Part shown: piece after piece, positions 1 through 9,537 of the stretch
Layout of the letters: each line of letters begins with the position of its first letter
How positions within the stretch are numbered: position 1 is the stretch's first letter
Assembly (NCBI GenBank): GCA_030668825.1
Contig: DAOVET010000034.1
Span: forward strand, 1-25,294
Origin: Candidatus Heimdallarchaeota archaeon
Lineage (GTDB): Archaea; Asgardarchaeota; Heimdallarchaeia; Heimdallarchaeales; Heimdallarchaeaceae
Direction: 5' to 3'
Length of the DNA: 25,294 bases
The notes under the pieces: model-generated
What the model saw: the letters and a program-made list of their open reading frames with translations, nothing else
Told to the model about the DNA's origin: nothing
Database searches by the model: none
Program-made: the position numbers and the translations under genes

Positions 1-2
1 TG

Positions 3-683
3 CCCTTTTACTCAACAGATGTAAGGTCTATATTATTTGGAAATATTTTCCTTGTTTCCATAGAAAATCTGATTATCTTATTCTTTGTCGCAGTTTCAGT
101 TCTATTAATAAGTTTGGGGTTAAAGAAAGACTTCTACTTCATGACGTTTAATCAAGAAATGGCTGATATCATTGGTATACCTGTACGATTTTTTAATTAT
201 CTATTTCTCGCTTTAATGGCAATCACAATTGACATTTCGCTTAAAGCCGTAGGAGCAATTCTAGTTTTTGCGATGATAATAACACCTGCTGCAGCAGCAT
301 ACCAATGGACTTTCAAGCTAAAGAAAATGTTATTTTTGGGTAGTCTTTTTGGTGTTATTTCTGGATTTCTAGGAGTAGCAATTTCCTATTTATGGGATTT
401 GCCATCAGGATCAACTATTGTTGGAGTAGCAACATTAATTTTCATAGTTTCTTTTGCTTTATCACCAAAAAGAAGAAAATCAGGAACAGGACATGTTATA
501 GCAGACTGTGATTATTGCTCAAAAACAATTTTAGGAAAACAATACTGTTTAGAGGAAAGTTGTTTAGCCAAAGATATACCTCACAGACATGATGAAAAGG
601 GATTACTTATCTACAAAACCGATTTAGATAGGAAGAAAACTCCCACAAAACATGAACATGATTTTGGAGGGGAAGAGAAATGA
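3..683 (+). CDS. znuB: Zn/Mn ABC transporter permease (ZnuB/MntB family), 5'-truncated by the window
   Basis: Frame is open from position 3 (PFYSTDVRSILFGNIFLVS...), upstream of the ORF-track start. Motifs LFG-I, VGAILVFAMIITPAAAA and DLPSGSTIV are typical of ABC-3 permeases. Overlaps the next gene by ATGA. Confidence 0.9.
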   Translation, partial: PFYSTDVRSILFGNIFLVSIENLIILFFVAVSVLLISLGLKKDFYFMTFNQEMADIIGIPVRFFNYLFLALMAITIDISLKAVGAILVFAMIITPAAAAYQWTFKLKKMLFLGSLFGVISGFLGVAISYLWDLPSGSTIVGVATLIFIVSFALSPKRRKSGTGHVIADCDYCSKTILGKQYCLEESCLAKDIPHRHDEKGLLIYKTDLDRKKTPTKHEHDFGGEEK

Positions 684-1420
684 GCTCTAAAGCTTCAAAA
701 GATGTTGTTATTTGTTTAAAGGATGTCAATGTAGTATACGGTAACTTAGTAGCTTTATATGAAGTAAATGTTGACATTTGCAAAGGCGATTTTCTAGGTA
801 TTTGTGGACCTAATGGGTCAGGAAAAACTACTCTGTTAAAAACAATTATGGGACTATTGGAACCTCTTACTGGTCAAGTAGCTTTGTTTGGTAACGAAGT
901 TGAGGATAAAATCCCTAAAGAAACTAAATTTAAGTTTGGATATGTCCCACAGATATCAGACATTGATCGTAACTTCCCAGCTTTAGTTAAAGATGTTGTT
1001 GAGATGGGGAGATATGCAAAAGCAGGTATTGGTAAGCCTTTAACAAAAGAAGACAAGCAAAAAGCCCTTGATGCATTGAAACTTGTCGAGATGGATCACA
1101 TGCTAGAACGTCCTATTGGTCATTTAAGTGGAGGACAACAACAACGAGTTTTAATTGCTCAGGCTCTAGCAGCTGAAGCTGAAGTATTGCTTTTAGATGA
1201 ATTTACAAGTGCTCTTGATTTCAAAATGACTGAGGAAGTTATGGAGCTGTTAGATTACCTGAATCACACTCATGGAATAACAGTTGTCAACGTTGGTCAT
1301 AATCTTGAATTGCTTAGAGCTTATTGTAGCAGGATTATATGCATGGATAAAATTATTGTTTATGATGGAACTCCAAAAAATCCTGAGTTAGATATTGTAA
1401 TTAATCAAATTTTTCACTAA
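680..1420 (+). CDS. znuC: Zn/Mn ABC transporter ATP-binding protein
   Basis: Walker A GPNGSGKTT, GYVPQ Q-loop, LSGGQQQR signature, Walker B LLLDE; FPALVKDVV..MGRY is typical of metal ABC ATPases. Confidence 0.93.
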   Translation: MSSKASKDVVICLKDVNVVYGNLVALYEVNVDICKGDFLGICGPNGSGKTTLLKTIMGLLEPLTGQVALFGNEVEDKIPKETKFKFGYVPQISDIDRNFPALVKDVVEMGRYAKAGIGKPLTKEDKQKALDALKLVEMDHMLERPIGHLSGGQQQRVLIAQALAAEAEVLLLDEFTSALDFKMTEEVMELLDYLNHTHGITVVNVGHNLELLRAYCSRIICMDKIIVYDGTPKNPELDIVINQIFH

Positions 1421-1487
1421 TGTAAAATATAAAAAGCAGAGAAAATAAAAGATAATCATCAGCTGTATGTTGAATAGCTGCTTCCAT

Positions 1488-1775
1488 CTATACTTTGCGT
1501 TTCATTAATATATCTATAGTAGAAACTGTTTTTGGTTGTCCATCACTATCTAATACTTCTGAACCGATAGTTACATCTGCAATTTCGACTATTTCAGGTA
1601 AAAATCTATTTTTTGAGATTTCTGCCACATCGACTGCTTTGGAAATTGATCTACCTCTAGCAAGTATTGTGCATTCCTCTTCACCTTTATTGAAGATTGT
1701 AACAACGACTAGACAGTAATTCATAGTACCTTTCTTACCTATGTAGATTGCGTTCTTTTTTTCGTCTTTTGACAT
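1488..1775 (-). CDS. albA: DNA/RNA-binding chromatin protein Alba
   Basis: IYIGKKGTMNY, ARGRSISKAVDVAE and VSTIDI motifs. ATG at 1775 is preceded by a GGTGA SD, so it is preferred over TTG 1796. Confidence 0.95.
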   Translation of the reverse strand: MSKDEKKNAIYIGKKGTMNYCLVVVTIFNKGEEECTILARGRSISKAVDVAEISKNRFLPEIVEIADVTIGSEVLDSDGQPKTVSTIDILMKRKV

Positions 1776-1867
1776 GTGTTTTATCACCGCTTGCAAATAG
1801 TGGCTAGTAAATAATAGGTATGTACTTTTTTAAATCTTTTTTCAACAAGGAGAAATTTTAAGGAGAA

Positions 1868-2887
1868 TCATTTCTTAAAATCTGATAATCGTTCATATTT
1901 GCGCTTTACAAAGGAATCTTCAAATTTTTCATGGAAGTATGATTCATCATATTCAATTTTATATTCGCGTTCCTTTGGAACTATAAGATTAATAGCGTCA
2001 TCAACCCTCTCGAGTTCAACTTTCAAACTCTCTTCATTATAGATTTCCCCTTCAGCTTCACAACAAAGAGGAACACCATGAGATTCAATTGTAATCTTTC
2101 TTCCTCTAGAAAACCATACACCTTCTAAGCCTAAATGGTTTCCAGGAATTGCTTTTACAAGCATGGCTATTCTACTGAATCCCTTCTTTCCATGGACAAT
2201 TCCGATTCCCAAATCCTTGTTTTTATCACAAAAAACGTAGTTACCTGGCATTACATGAAAGCCAGTAATATCATCTCCTAAAGCTACAAAGAAGTTTGAT
2301 AATTCATCAATCTTAATTGGCTCTTGATCATCTATCGTAACTGAGCAAGGAGTGTTTTTAGTTTTAATTACGTACTTCAGAGCAAGATAATTATATTTAA
2401 TCGCCCCGATTCTCATCCATTTCATTTCATGATGAGCAGCAGCTGCAGCTTCTCCTGAAAATCCTCCATCAGTCATATCAAATGAGTATGTTTCTTTATC
2501 TCCTTTACATTTAATTGCAGCGAATTTCTCACTGTGCCCTTCAGCTATGATGGCTAAACTTTCCTCCAAGCTATAGGGGATGGAATGAGTTTTGTGCCAA
2601 TCGCACATAGATCCAGCAGAGATTAAACCTAATGTCACATCTGGGTGATTGACAATTACATCGCCCATATTGGTAGCAGTTCCATCACCGCCAAAAGCAA
2701 CTAAAGTCTTATATCCATCCTTTATTGCTTTTTGCGCTAATTCCATCTCATGCCTTGGCCCCTCTGTGACAGCATGGTCAAAATTACCAATATACTCTTT
2801 AGCTATTTTAAGTGCTTTTTCTAATTTCTTGCCTAATTTGCCAGTATTCGCATTTGGATTAATAACAACAAAAGGGTCTTTAGTCAT
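1868..2887 (-). CDS. Diacylglycerol/lipid kinase family protein (YegS/DAGK-like)
   Basis: INPNANTG, FGGDGT, LGLISAGSMCD (variant of GT.ND) and C-terminal EAEGE (variant of DGE). Confidence 0.85.
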   Translation of the reverse strand: MTKDPFVVINPNANTGKLGKKLEKALKIAKEYIGNFDHAVTEGPRHEMELAQKAIKDGYKTLVAFGGDGTATNMGDVIVNHPDVTLGLISAGSMCDWHKTHSIPYSLEESLAIIAEGHSEKFAAIKCKGDKETYSFDMTDGGFSGEAAAAAHHEMKWMRIGAIKYNYLALKYVIKTKNTPCSVTIDDQEPIKIDELSNFFVALGDDITGFHVMPGNYVFCDKNKDLGIGIVHGKKGFSRIAMLVKAIPGNHLGLEGVWFSRGRKITIESHGVPLCCEAEGEIYNEESLKVELERVDDAINLIVPKEREYKIEYDESYFHEKFEDSFVKRKYERLSDFKK

Positions 2888-3021
2888 GTATTTCAGAGGA
2901 TGTTGACTTCTATATAAAATTAATGCAATAAATCATCTCTTAAGGTCTTGAAACATGGAAGACTCACCATTTTAAATGGATACATTTTAAAGTGTGATTT
3001 CTTTAAAGTTAGTTGATAATT

Positions 3022-3348
3022 ATGATTTGTCCTCAATGTGGAACTGAAAACGCAGATCACGCTAGATTCTGCGGAAAATGTGGTTTAGAACTAGAAGTTG
3101 CTCCTCAACAACCTGTTCAACAAGCTGCTCCTGCTCAACCTGTTCAACGTAAACGTCCTGATAAACTTGTTAGATGTTCAGATGATAAGCAAATTGGTGG
3201 GGTAAGTTCTGGTATAGCGAGATATTTCGGTATGGATGTTGGCTTAGTTAGATTACTAACCATATTAGGTCTTATATTTGGAACTGCTACTTTCTGGATA
3301 TATATTATCCTTTGGGCTGTTTTACCAGAAGAACAATGTGGAACTTAG
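3022..3348 (+). CDS. Zinc-ribbon + PspC domain membrane protein
   Basis: N-terminal CPQCG...FCGKCG ribbon, Pro/Gln linker, and PspC-like domain LVRCSDDKQIGGVSSGIARYFGMD..LVR...YIILWAVLPEE. Confidence 0.85.
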   Translation: MICPQCGTENADHARFCGKCGLELEVAPQQPVQQAAPAQPVQRKRPDKLVRCSDDKQIGGVSSGIARYFGMDVGLVRLLTILGLIFGTATFWIYIILWAVLPEEQCGT

Positions 3349-3354
3349 TATTAC

Positions 3355-4146
3355 CTATTTTTCATCCTTTTTTTCTTGAAAAAAATCTTCTAGTTGAGCA
3401 CTTTTTGATCTTTTTATAATTGGGAACACTTGATCCCAAGGAATTTGTTTAGCTTCTAAGTTATTTTCTTTTAGATATTTCAAGACCTTATCTGGAAAAT
3501 TAGGTGCCACCAGTATTCCTTTTACAGCTTTTTTCTCCTTTTCAACAAAATACTCTATATATCTTTTAAGTTGATGAGCATCTGCTGGAGTAGCATTTCT
3601 TTTCTTTACCTCTACAATTATCTCACCATTTTCCCCCACACCCCTAATATCTACAGGACCAACATCTGTGTTGTATTCAGTTCTGATTACTTGAAATCCA
3701 GGTTCAATTAAATCTGGATTAGTGACCAAATATTTCACTAAATCACTTTCATCTCCATAAATAGTCATTTCTATTTCATCTTGAGCATGCCATAAAGCAA
3801 CGAAAGCAATATGGGAAAAATCTATCACAAGAACTTCTTTTGTTTTTACTCGTTCAGTTAACATTTCTAAATGTGTTTCTTTTTGAGAAAATCTAATAGG
3901 ACCCGCTTGTGGTTTTTGCCAATTCAGAGGTTTCACACCAGTTGGTCCATGCATGATTATAGATAAATCTCTCTTAATCACCAATAATCTGTCCCCATCA
4001 CCTAAATATGATTTAATTCTTCCATCAAATGTTGCAGAACATCTTCCAGAAAGAATAATCATCTTTTCTCCTACAGCGGAATTTAACCTCTTAACAAGAT
4101 CAGGTAATGGATCTATAGATATTTGTTCAAAATTTGAGTGAAACAT
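3355..4146 (-). CDS. nucS: Mismatch-specific endonuclease NucS/EndoMS
   Basis: FDGRIKSYLGDGDRLLVIKRD, KPLNWQ, ESDL and GPVDI...IIVEVK...QLKRY nuclease motifs; C-terminal PIP-like LEDFF. Confidence 0.93.
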   Translation of the reverse strand: MFHSNFEQISIDPLPDLVKRLNSAVGEKMIILSGRCSATFDGRIKSYLGDGDRLLVIKRDLSIIMHGPTGVKPLNWQKPQAGPIRFSQKETHLEMLTERVKTKEVLVIDFSHIAFVALWHAQDEIEMTIYGDESDLVKYLVTNPDLIEPGFQVIRTEYNTDVGPVDIRGVGENGEIIVEVKKRNATPADAHQLKRYIEYFVEKEKKAVKGILVAPNFPDKVLKYLKENNLEAKQIPWDQVFPIIKRSKSAQLEDFFQEKKDEK

Positions 4147-4273
4147 GCAGAGGCCTCAGAATCTGATTTTGTGATTTACTATTTAAGAAGGGATTTATTT
4201 ATGCTATTTCAATTTTTCCAAAAAGCAACGTAAGGTTTTTTATTATATTGTTTATTGAAATGATTGAGATATA

Positions 4274-5089
4274 ATGGCGGACCCGATTATTGTTTATCAG
4301 ACTATGCTATATATTCAGATGTCTATTGTTATTGCATGTTTACTCCTTGGATCATTTATGGATTTAATTAAACGTGAAGTTTCAGATATTCCTTGGTTGG
4401 TTATGGCTGTTACAGGAGTTATAACATCTATAGTTCTCATCATCTTTGCAGAGGATAAGGGCAAAGTGGGGACTATGTTTGGTATCAATGTTGGTGTAGG
4501 AACTGTTATGGGGTTATTACTCTACTATACAGGTGTAATGGGGGGTGCTGATGCTAAAGCTGTCATGGCTCTATCATTTAATACTCCAGTTTATTTCTTT
4601 AATTTCGCAATCTTACATATCCCAATATACAATTGGGTCCCATCCATTTTCAATACTTTCTTCAATTGGTTACTCGCCATGGTAGTTTTTTATCCACTAC
4701 CGCTTCTATTCTACAACATTTATCGTAAGGCAAGAGGTAATAATCTATTTGAAAAAACTGAAGGTAATTTTGCAGCAAAGATTCTAATGCTAATTTCAGG
4801 TTATCTCACTCCTGTTGAAAAAGCTAAAAATAGACAGGATGTTGTTTATTCAGAAGTGTTCGATGAAACCAAGGATAAATGGGAGATTAAACACTTCATG
4901 CAAGTTGTAGAAATTGAAGAGGAAGAGAAATTCAAGAAAGAAGTAGAAGATGACATAGAAAAAACTGGAAGAGAGAAAATTTGGGTAAAAGTTCTCCCTC
5001 CAGGGATTGTATTTTTACTAATTGGGTATATTGTCAATATTCTTATAGGAAATATCTTCTTTCTTATATTCCATTTGACTTTAGGATGA
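4274..5089 (+). CDS. A24 family prepilin/preflagellin peptidase (FlaK/PibD-like)
   Basis: Catalytic motifs SFMDLIKREVSD and MGGADAKA, multiple TM helices, and the archaeal C-terminal IWV...P.IVFLLIGY segment. Confidence 0.88.
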   Translation: MADPIIVYQTMLYIQMSIVIACLLLGSFMDLIKREVSDIPWLVMAVTGVITSIVLIIFAEDKGKVGTMFGINVGVGTVMGLLLYYTGVMGGADAKAVMALSFNTPVYFFNFAILHIPIYNWVPSIFNTFFNWLLAMVVFYPLPLLFYNIYRKARGNNLFEKTEGNFAAKILMLISGYLTPVEKAKNRQDVVYSEVFDETKDKWEIKHFMQVVEIEEEEKFKKEVEDDIEKTGREKIWVKVLPPGIVFLLIGYIVNILIGNIFFLIFHLTLG

Positions 5090-5145
5090 AATTCTATTCT
5101 TTAAAAGGAAATAAATAGACTTCTTTCCTTTTATTCTTGATACAC

Positions 5146-5826
5146 ATGGAACCAAAAGAGATTGCAGAGAAATTTCTTGAAATGCATGAGAATAGCAAAG
5201 ATAAGGAGATAATTCCATTTATTACTAACTTATTCGATGATGATGAAACAGTTCTAAAAAACCTAATCAACACTCAGATTCAGATCAAAGAACTAGGTGG
5301 AGGATGGCCTCCGGTTGGAAAGCAAATAACAACTATGGAAGAAATTTTAGTTTATTCAAAAATAGCTATTGAGTATGCTCTCCAAAAGGATGCTAAACTT
5401 GTAGCAGGAATGTTGAATCACAACATTGCATCTTTTTGCTTCCCGAACATGGATGATGGTGTTGATGAGACACTTATCGAATCAGGTTACATTGCTGCAG
5501 TAAGTGATTTAGAACTTAGAAAGGAGATAGGAGATAAAGTACCTATGCTCTGGGCTAAATGGTTAGTTGGAGTAAGTGAATATATCAAAGGTGATGTATC
5601 TACATCAATCAAAACTTTAGAGGAAACATCAAAAATAGCATTAGAAGAACCTCAAAACGAAAGCTTAGCAGTTTGGGCTGACATGATGAAAACTAAGTTT
5701 CAATTGAAATCAGAAGAAATCTCTAAAGAAGATGCTTCTGCAGAAATCGCACGAATAGAATCGGTTCTAACAAAACTAGAAGATGATTACGGACTAGGTA
5801 CTCTTAAACAAATAAAGGAATTATAA
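5146..5826 (+). CDS. Hypothetical acidic, probably all-helical protein
   Basis: Long ORF with coding-like composition and TPR-like helical spacing in the C-terminal half; no family recognised. Confidence 0.7.
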   Translation: MEPKEIAEKFLEMHENSKDKEIIPFITNLFDDDETVLKNLINTQIQIKELGGGWPPVGKQITTMEEILVYSKIAIEYALQKDAKLVAGMLNHNIASFCFPNMDDGVDETLIESGYIAAVSDLELRKEIGDKVPMLWAKWLVGVSEYIKGDVSTSIKTLEETSKIALEEPQNESLAVWADMMKTKFQLKSEEISKEDASAEIARIESVLTKLEDDYGLGTLKQIKEL

Positions 5827-5835
5827 AAAAAGAGA

Positions 5836-6675
5836 TTACGAACTTATCTCTAAGTTAAGTTCGAGTTCTCTATCTATTTTTTCCTTAAAATCTCCCATAA
5901 TATAATTCAATACTTCGTTATAATCTACTTCAATTCTAAACAATCTCTTAAAAAATGGGAGGAGAGAATTAAGATCTTTCCTCAATATTCTATATGCTCT
6001 TGTTAAGGGGACAAGAGGAGAACCATATCCTATCGCATCCTTCAGAGCAAAATTCTTAGATTGAAGAAAATCAATTACATAGACTTGATCTTCATACCAG
6101 AGAAGGTTATGTTCACTAAAATCTCCGTGAACATATCTCGCTTTAAACATATTGTAAAGTATGTCTACACATTGTTCTAGTATTTCAGATGGATCATCAA
6201 AGAAATTTTTACTTAAATCTCTTAAAAGGGGAGCGGGACCATGTTCATCTCCTATTAGCTTCATTGAATAGCTAAAACCTGCATATTTGAATGGTTGAGG
6301 CACAGGAAGTTTAGCTTCGAATAGATCCAAATTCTTATAATATTCGAGTTTAGCAAATTGTGCTATCACTTCATATGGGGAAGTACGATGAGTACCATGT
6401 ATAACCCCTCTATGGATGGTTCTATAGAGTTTGTAACTCTTAACAGCAATATTACGTTCATATTTGTCTATACCCCAGCAAACGAAAGCTTCTTTTCCTT
6501 GACCTATGACTTGTTTTACTTCTACTAAAAGTCCATTTTCTATGGCCTCAGCTAAGGCTTCTGTTGTAGATAACTCTGTTATTTCATTTGAAGTATCTCT
6601 TTTTTCTAAATATTCTCTGTTTATCACTTTTGATACACTTCCACAAATAAAGGGGTCAAGACAAAACGATAACAA
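5836..6675 (-). CDS. RIO1-family Ser/Thr kinase/ATPase (start codon uncertain)
   Basis: IGQGKEAFV P-loop, AVKSY, E..NL, PVPQP, catalytic loop VHGDFSEHNLL and metal-binding VIDFLQS. Confidence 0.9.
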   Translation of the reverse strand: MLSFCLDPFICGSVSKVINREYLEKRDTSNEITELSTTEALAEAIENGLLVEVKQVIGQGKEAFVCWGIDKYERNIAVKSYKLYRTIHRGVIHGTHRTSPYEVIAQFAKLEYYKNLDLFEAKLPVPQPFKYAGFSYSMKLIGDEHGPAPLLRDLSKNFFDDPSEILEQCVDILYNMFKARYVHGDFSEHNLLWYEDQVYVIDFLQSKNFALKDAIGYGSPLVPLTRAYRILRKDLNSLLPFFKRLFRIEVDYNEVLNYIMGDFKEKIDRELELNLEISS

Positions 6676-6718
6676 GTGAATGCAATAAAGTAAAAATTGT
6701 AAAAGCGAAGAGAGGATT

Positions 6719-6799
6719 TTATAATTGTAGCTTAGGTGTCATAGTGACTGTTTCTTTGCAAACAATTGTGATTTTTTGTAAAGTTAAACTTGCGATCAT
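6719..6799 (-). CDS. Putative 26-aa leader peptide upstream of the RIO kinase (MIASLTLQKITIVCKETVTMTPKLQL)
   Basis: Manually translated. GGAGGTG SD at 6817-6811, ATG at 6799, TAA at 6721-6719. Confidence 0.35.
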   Translation of the reverse strand: MIASLTLQKITIVCKETVTMTPKLQL

Positions 6800-6882
6800 T
6801 TTCTTTATGACACCTCCATTCTTCTTATCTAAGTTAAAAAATGAAATTAATAAATATGTCGCACTTCGTGATATCTTTAGAA

Positions 6883-7080
6883 CTAGTCATCATTGAGGAT
6901 AATTCTCTGCATATATATTTCACAGTCTTTACAAACCAGAAAATCATAAGTTTCTTTCTCCTTATAATAAATTGTGAAAAACATTGGTTTATGGCATTTA
7001 CCACATTTTATTTCAGATTCCTCTTCCGAAACGAAAATCAGTTCTTTTGTATCTACTTTTGGAGTTATATAGCGACTCAT
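6883..7080 (-). CDS. Small zinc-ribbon protein
   Basis: CGKC...CKDC pairs; likely start MSRYITPK at 7080. Confidence 0.65.
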   Translation of the reverse strand: MSRYITPKVDTKELIFVSEEESEIKCGKCHKPMFFTIYYKEKETYDFLVCKDCEIYMQRIILNDD

Positions 7081-7208
7081 CTTAATCAACTTTGAAACAT
7101 TTTCTTTAGATATTATATAATATACCAACTAACTATTTATTTATTTTCCAATTTTTTTCGCTTGCAAACAAATAATATAAATATGGGTTCAGATTCAGAA
7201 GAAACGAA

Positions 7209-7580
7209 ATGATAGGAGATAGATATAACATCAAATTTATTCTACCTGGTAAAGGTGAAGCAGAGGGAGAATTGATACGCATTAAAGGACCTCACTTAAC
7301 TGAAATCATTAATCGAAACTTACCTATTACTTCTCGGGGTTTAGTGAGAGATGGAATGTTTGTAATCCCTACAAATGTTCTCTATACTATTGAAAAACCT
7401 GCAATTTCCGGGAGAAAAGGGGATATTGTTTACGATTCAAAAGCTAAGGCAATAATAATACTTTTTGAAGAGAAACGATTTGATTCTAAGATGGCAAACA
7501 TTGGGACCATAACAAAAGACCTAAAGATCTTCACATCATTAACAATGTCCTCGGGAGTAAGAATAGAGAGAATTGAATAG
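7209..7580 (+). CDS. Cyclophilin-like fold protein (archaeal DUF369-like)
   Basis: GELIRIKGPHLTEIINRNLPI, EKP...KGDIVY...AIIILF...NIG pattern. Confidence 0.7.
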   Translation: MIGDRYNIKFILPGKGEAEGELIRIKGPHLTEIINRNLPITSRGLVRDGMFVIPTNVLYTIEKPAISGRKGDIVYDSKAKAIIILFEEKRFDSKMANIGTITKDLKIFTSLTMSSGVRIERIE

Positions 7581-7668
7581 AAGATGTATATCTAATTTCC
7601 GAAGAGAAAAGAAGATTTATAAATAGATTATTAGTCTTTAAGCCGAGAGCATAAAATAGGGGAAAACA

Positions 7669-8010
7669 ATGAACATACGACAAAACATTGTTAAAACATT
7701 TAAAACTGTTAAAGAGGAATATGGAAAAGTAGATTTTGGAGATAAGCTTTTAGATTTAATCTCTATTGTCGGAATAGTTCTTTTCTTAGCTTCATTTATT
7801 TCTGTCTTTCTAAGTAGAGTATTCAACGCTGTTAATATTGTTTTTATGCTTTATCCTTTAGGTTTAGCAGGAATTGCTGCATCTTTTAGAATGAAGAAAA
7901 GAGAGAAACCAGAGGAAGCTGAAAAATTATTTAAAGAATGGGTTTGGATTTTCGGAACCATCACAGTTATCAGTATAATTATTATTATACTTGGTTTTGT
8001 GCTCGCTTAA
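7669..8010 (+). CDS. Small hypothetical membrane protein (3 TM)
   Basis: Three hydrophobic segments separated by charged loops. Confidence 0.7.
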   Translation: MNIRQNIVKTFKTVKEEYGKVDFGDKLLDLISIVGIVLFLASFISVFLSRVFNAVNIVFMLYPLGLAGIAASFRMKKREKPEEAEKLFKEWVWIFGTITVISIIIIILGFVLA

Positions 8011-8075
8011 AATATTTATATTTACTTTTCCTCTATCAGCAATTTTTTTATATTAAGTTATGTAAGTTTAATCTG

Positions 8076-9494
8076 ATGACTCAAGAAACTTACCGTATTT
8101 ATTCGAGGGTGCTTAAGTTTGGACAAAGGATTGGACTTAGAAGATTAATCGAGACACTAGTTTTTGGTATAACCATTTTTGCTATCACCTTAGTCTATTT
8201 ATATGTTATAACCTTCGCTCCAATTGGTTCAACAGGAAAATATATTTTCTTTCCACTAGGGTTCTTCTTTGAGTTAGTACTAATTCTTAGTTATATAGAA
8301 AATCACTACTTCATAGACATTTTTGGTGAAAATACAAACAAATTGATGTCAGTTTTATCAGTTATCTCATTAGTTGTAATAATTCTTTATGCCAGTATTC
8401 CTGGTTTTTATACTTTGGATCCTCCAAAAGTTCATCCACAGAGTATAGCTTTGATAGTCTTGTTCTTTCTGTTGAATGTAATTGAAACGGCGTATTTCTT
8501 GTTTTCAGTTCCACGAACCGACAGATCAAATACTTTTGGACTAGAATACCAATTTTCTATCCTTGAAAAAAGTTTAGAGAACAAAAGGCTGGGTGATTTA
8601 CATATAGATAAAGCTGTTACTAAGGGCTTGAATGCTTTGAAACGAAGAGTAACTGAAGAAGGATTTTGGGGAGATTTTAGTCCAACATTCGAAACAGCTT
8701 GTGTTTTAGAACTATTTAATAAATTGGGGTATAATGAGGATACTGAATGGATAATAAATACAGAAGAGGGTAAGAAAACAGTGACTCTTGGTAAATCCAT
8801 CGAAAGTCTAAAAGCTGTTGTTGAAACAGCTGAAACAATTGATAATTCATACGAGCAATTCTTTATTTTGTATGCTCTAAGTCTTTTTGATCCAACAATT
8901 TTCGATACGAGAAACGAATTAGTTAATGAGTTCTTTGATTCTATTTTTGAAGAAACAGAATGGGATTTCATCAATAAATTGAATAGATTCACTCCGAATC
9001 TTCGTTCTAGAACAACTCCATTACACATTATAATGAGCCATGTAGGAGATGTAACAGGAAATATTAAATTACTAGATAAGATGGCTAATTTATTCTCTGC
9101 TTCAATTGACATAGTGATCAAGAGAGGTTATGCACGATTCTCAACTTCACAAACAGGAAAAACACCGATAGAAATGTTTGCTAGAATGATGTTATCACTA
9201 CAAAATGTTAGAAGAGCACCTTCAAGAAGACAACAATTTGTACAAGCTGTTGTAGGTACCCAGTTCATCGAAGGATCTTGGGCAGCTAATATTGGTACTA
9301 CTGGATATGTAATCCAATCACTCCTCCCAAGTGAAACAGCAAATTCTTTACCACTAAAGAAAGCAGCTATTTACTTATCAGCAATTCAAGATAAAGAGGG
9401 ACTATGGAATGCAAGTATCGAAGAAACAACAATTGCTTTGATGGCATTGATAGGCTTACAAAAAATAACTGAACAAGAAACAGCTATAGTTTAA
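8076..9494 (+). CDS. Membrane protein with a C-terminal prenyltransferase/squalene-cyclase-type alpha-alpha toroid
   Basis: About 4-5 N-terminal TM helices, then QW-like repeats TEEGFW..FETACVL, QFIEGSW...TTGYVI and QDKEGLW..EETTIAL. Start set at ATG 8076. Confidence 0.65.
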   Translation: MTQETYRIYSRVLKFGQRIGLRRLIETLVFGITIFAITLVYLYVITFAPIGSTGKYIFFPLGFFFELVLILSYIENHYFIDIFGENTNKLMSVLSVISLVVIILYASIPGFYTLDPPKVHPQSIALIVLFFLLNVIETAYFLFSVPRTDRSNTFGLEYQFSILEKSLENKRLGDLHIDKAVTKGLNALKRRVTEEGFWGDFSPTFETACVLELFNKLGYNEDTEWIINTEEGKKTVTLGKSIESLKAVVETAETIDNSYEQFFILYALSLFDPTIFDTRNELVNEFFDSIFEETEWDFINKLNRFTPNLRSRTTPLHIIMSHVGDVTGNIKLLDKMANLFSASIDIVIKRGYARFSTSQTGKTPIEMFARMMLSLQNVRRAPSRRQQFVQAVVGTQFIEGSWAANIGTTGYVIQSLLPSETANSLPLKKAAIYLSAIQDKEGLWNASIEETTIALMALIGLQKITEQETAIV

Positions 9495-9537
9495 GCTCGA
9501 AAATTACATTTATATTTACCTTTTTTTAATTTCATTA

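Noticed and set aside
3100-3150. Short repeat CAACCTGTTCAAC x2
   Set aside because: It simply encodes the QPVQ linker repeat of the PspC protein.
7938-8075. ORF-track start of the QW-repeat protein
   Set aside because: It overlaps the previous gene and translates AT-rich intergenic DNA; ATG 8076 is more plausible.
8432-9121. 229-aa antisense ORF and the other shadow ORFs (874, 1495, 2649, 3953, 4846, 6841, 7638, 10288, 11035, 12859, 13652, 14818, 15537-17064, 18261, 18955-20135, 22617, 24325, 24753)
   Set aside because: They lie opposite to or over better-supported genes or tRNAs, have composition typical of antisense frames, and show no motifs.
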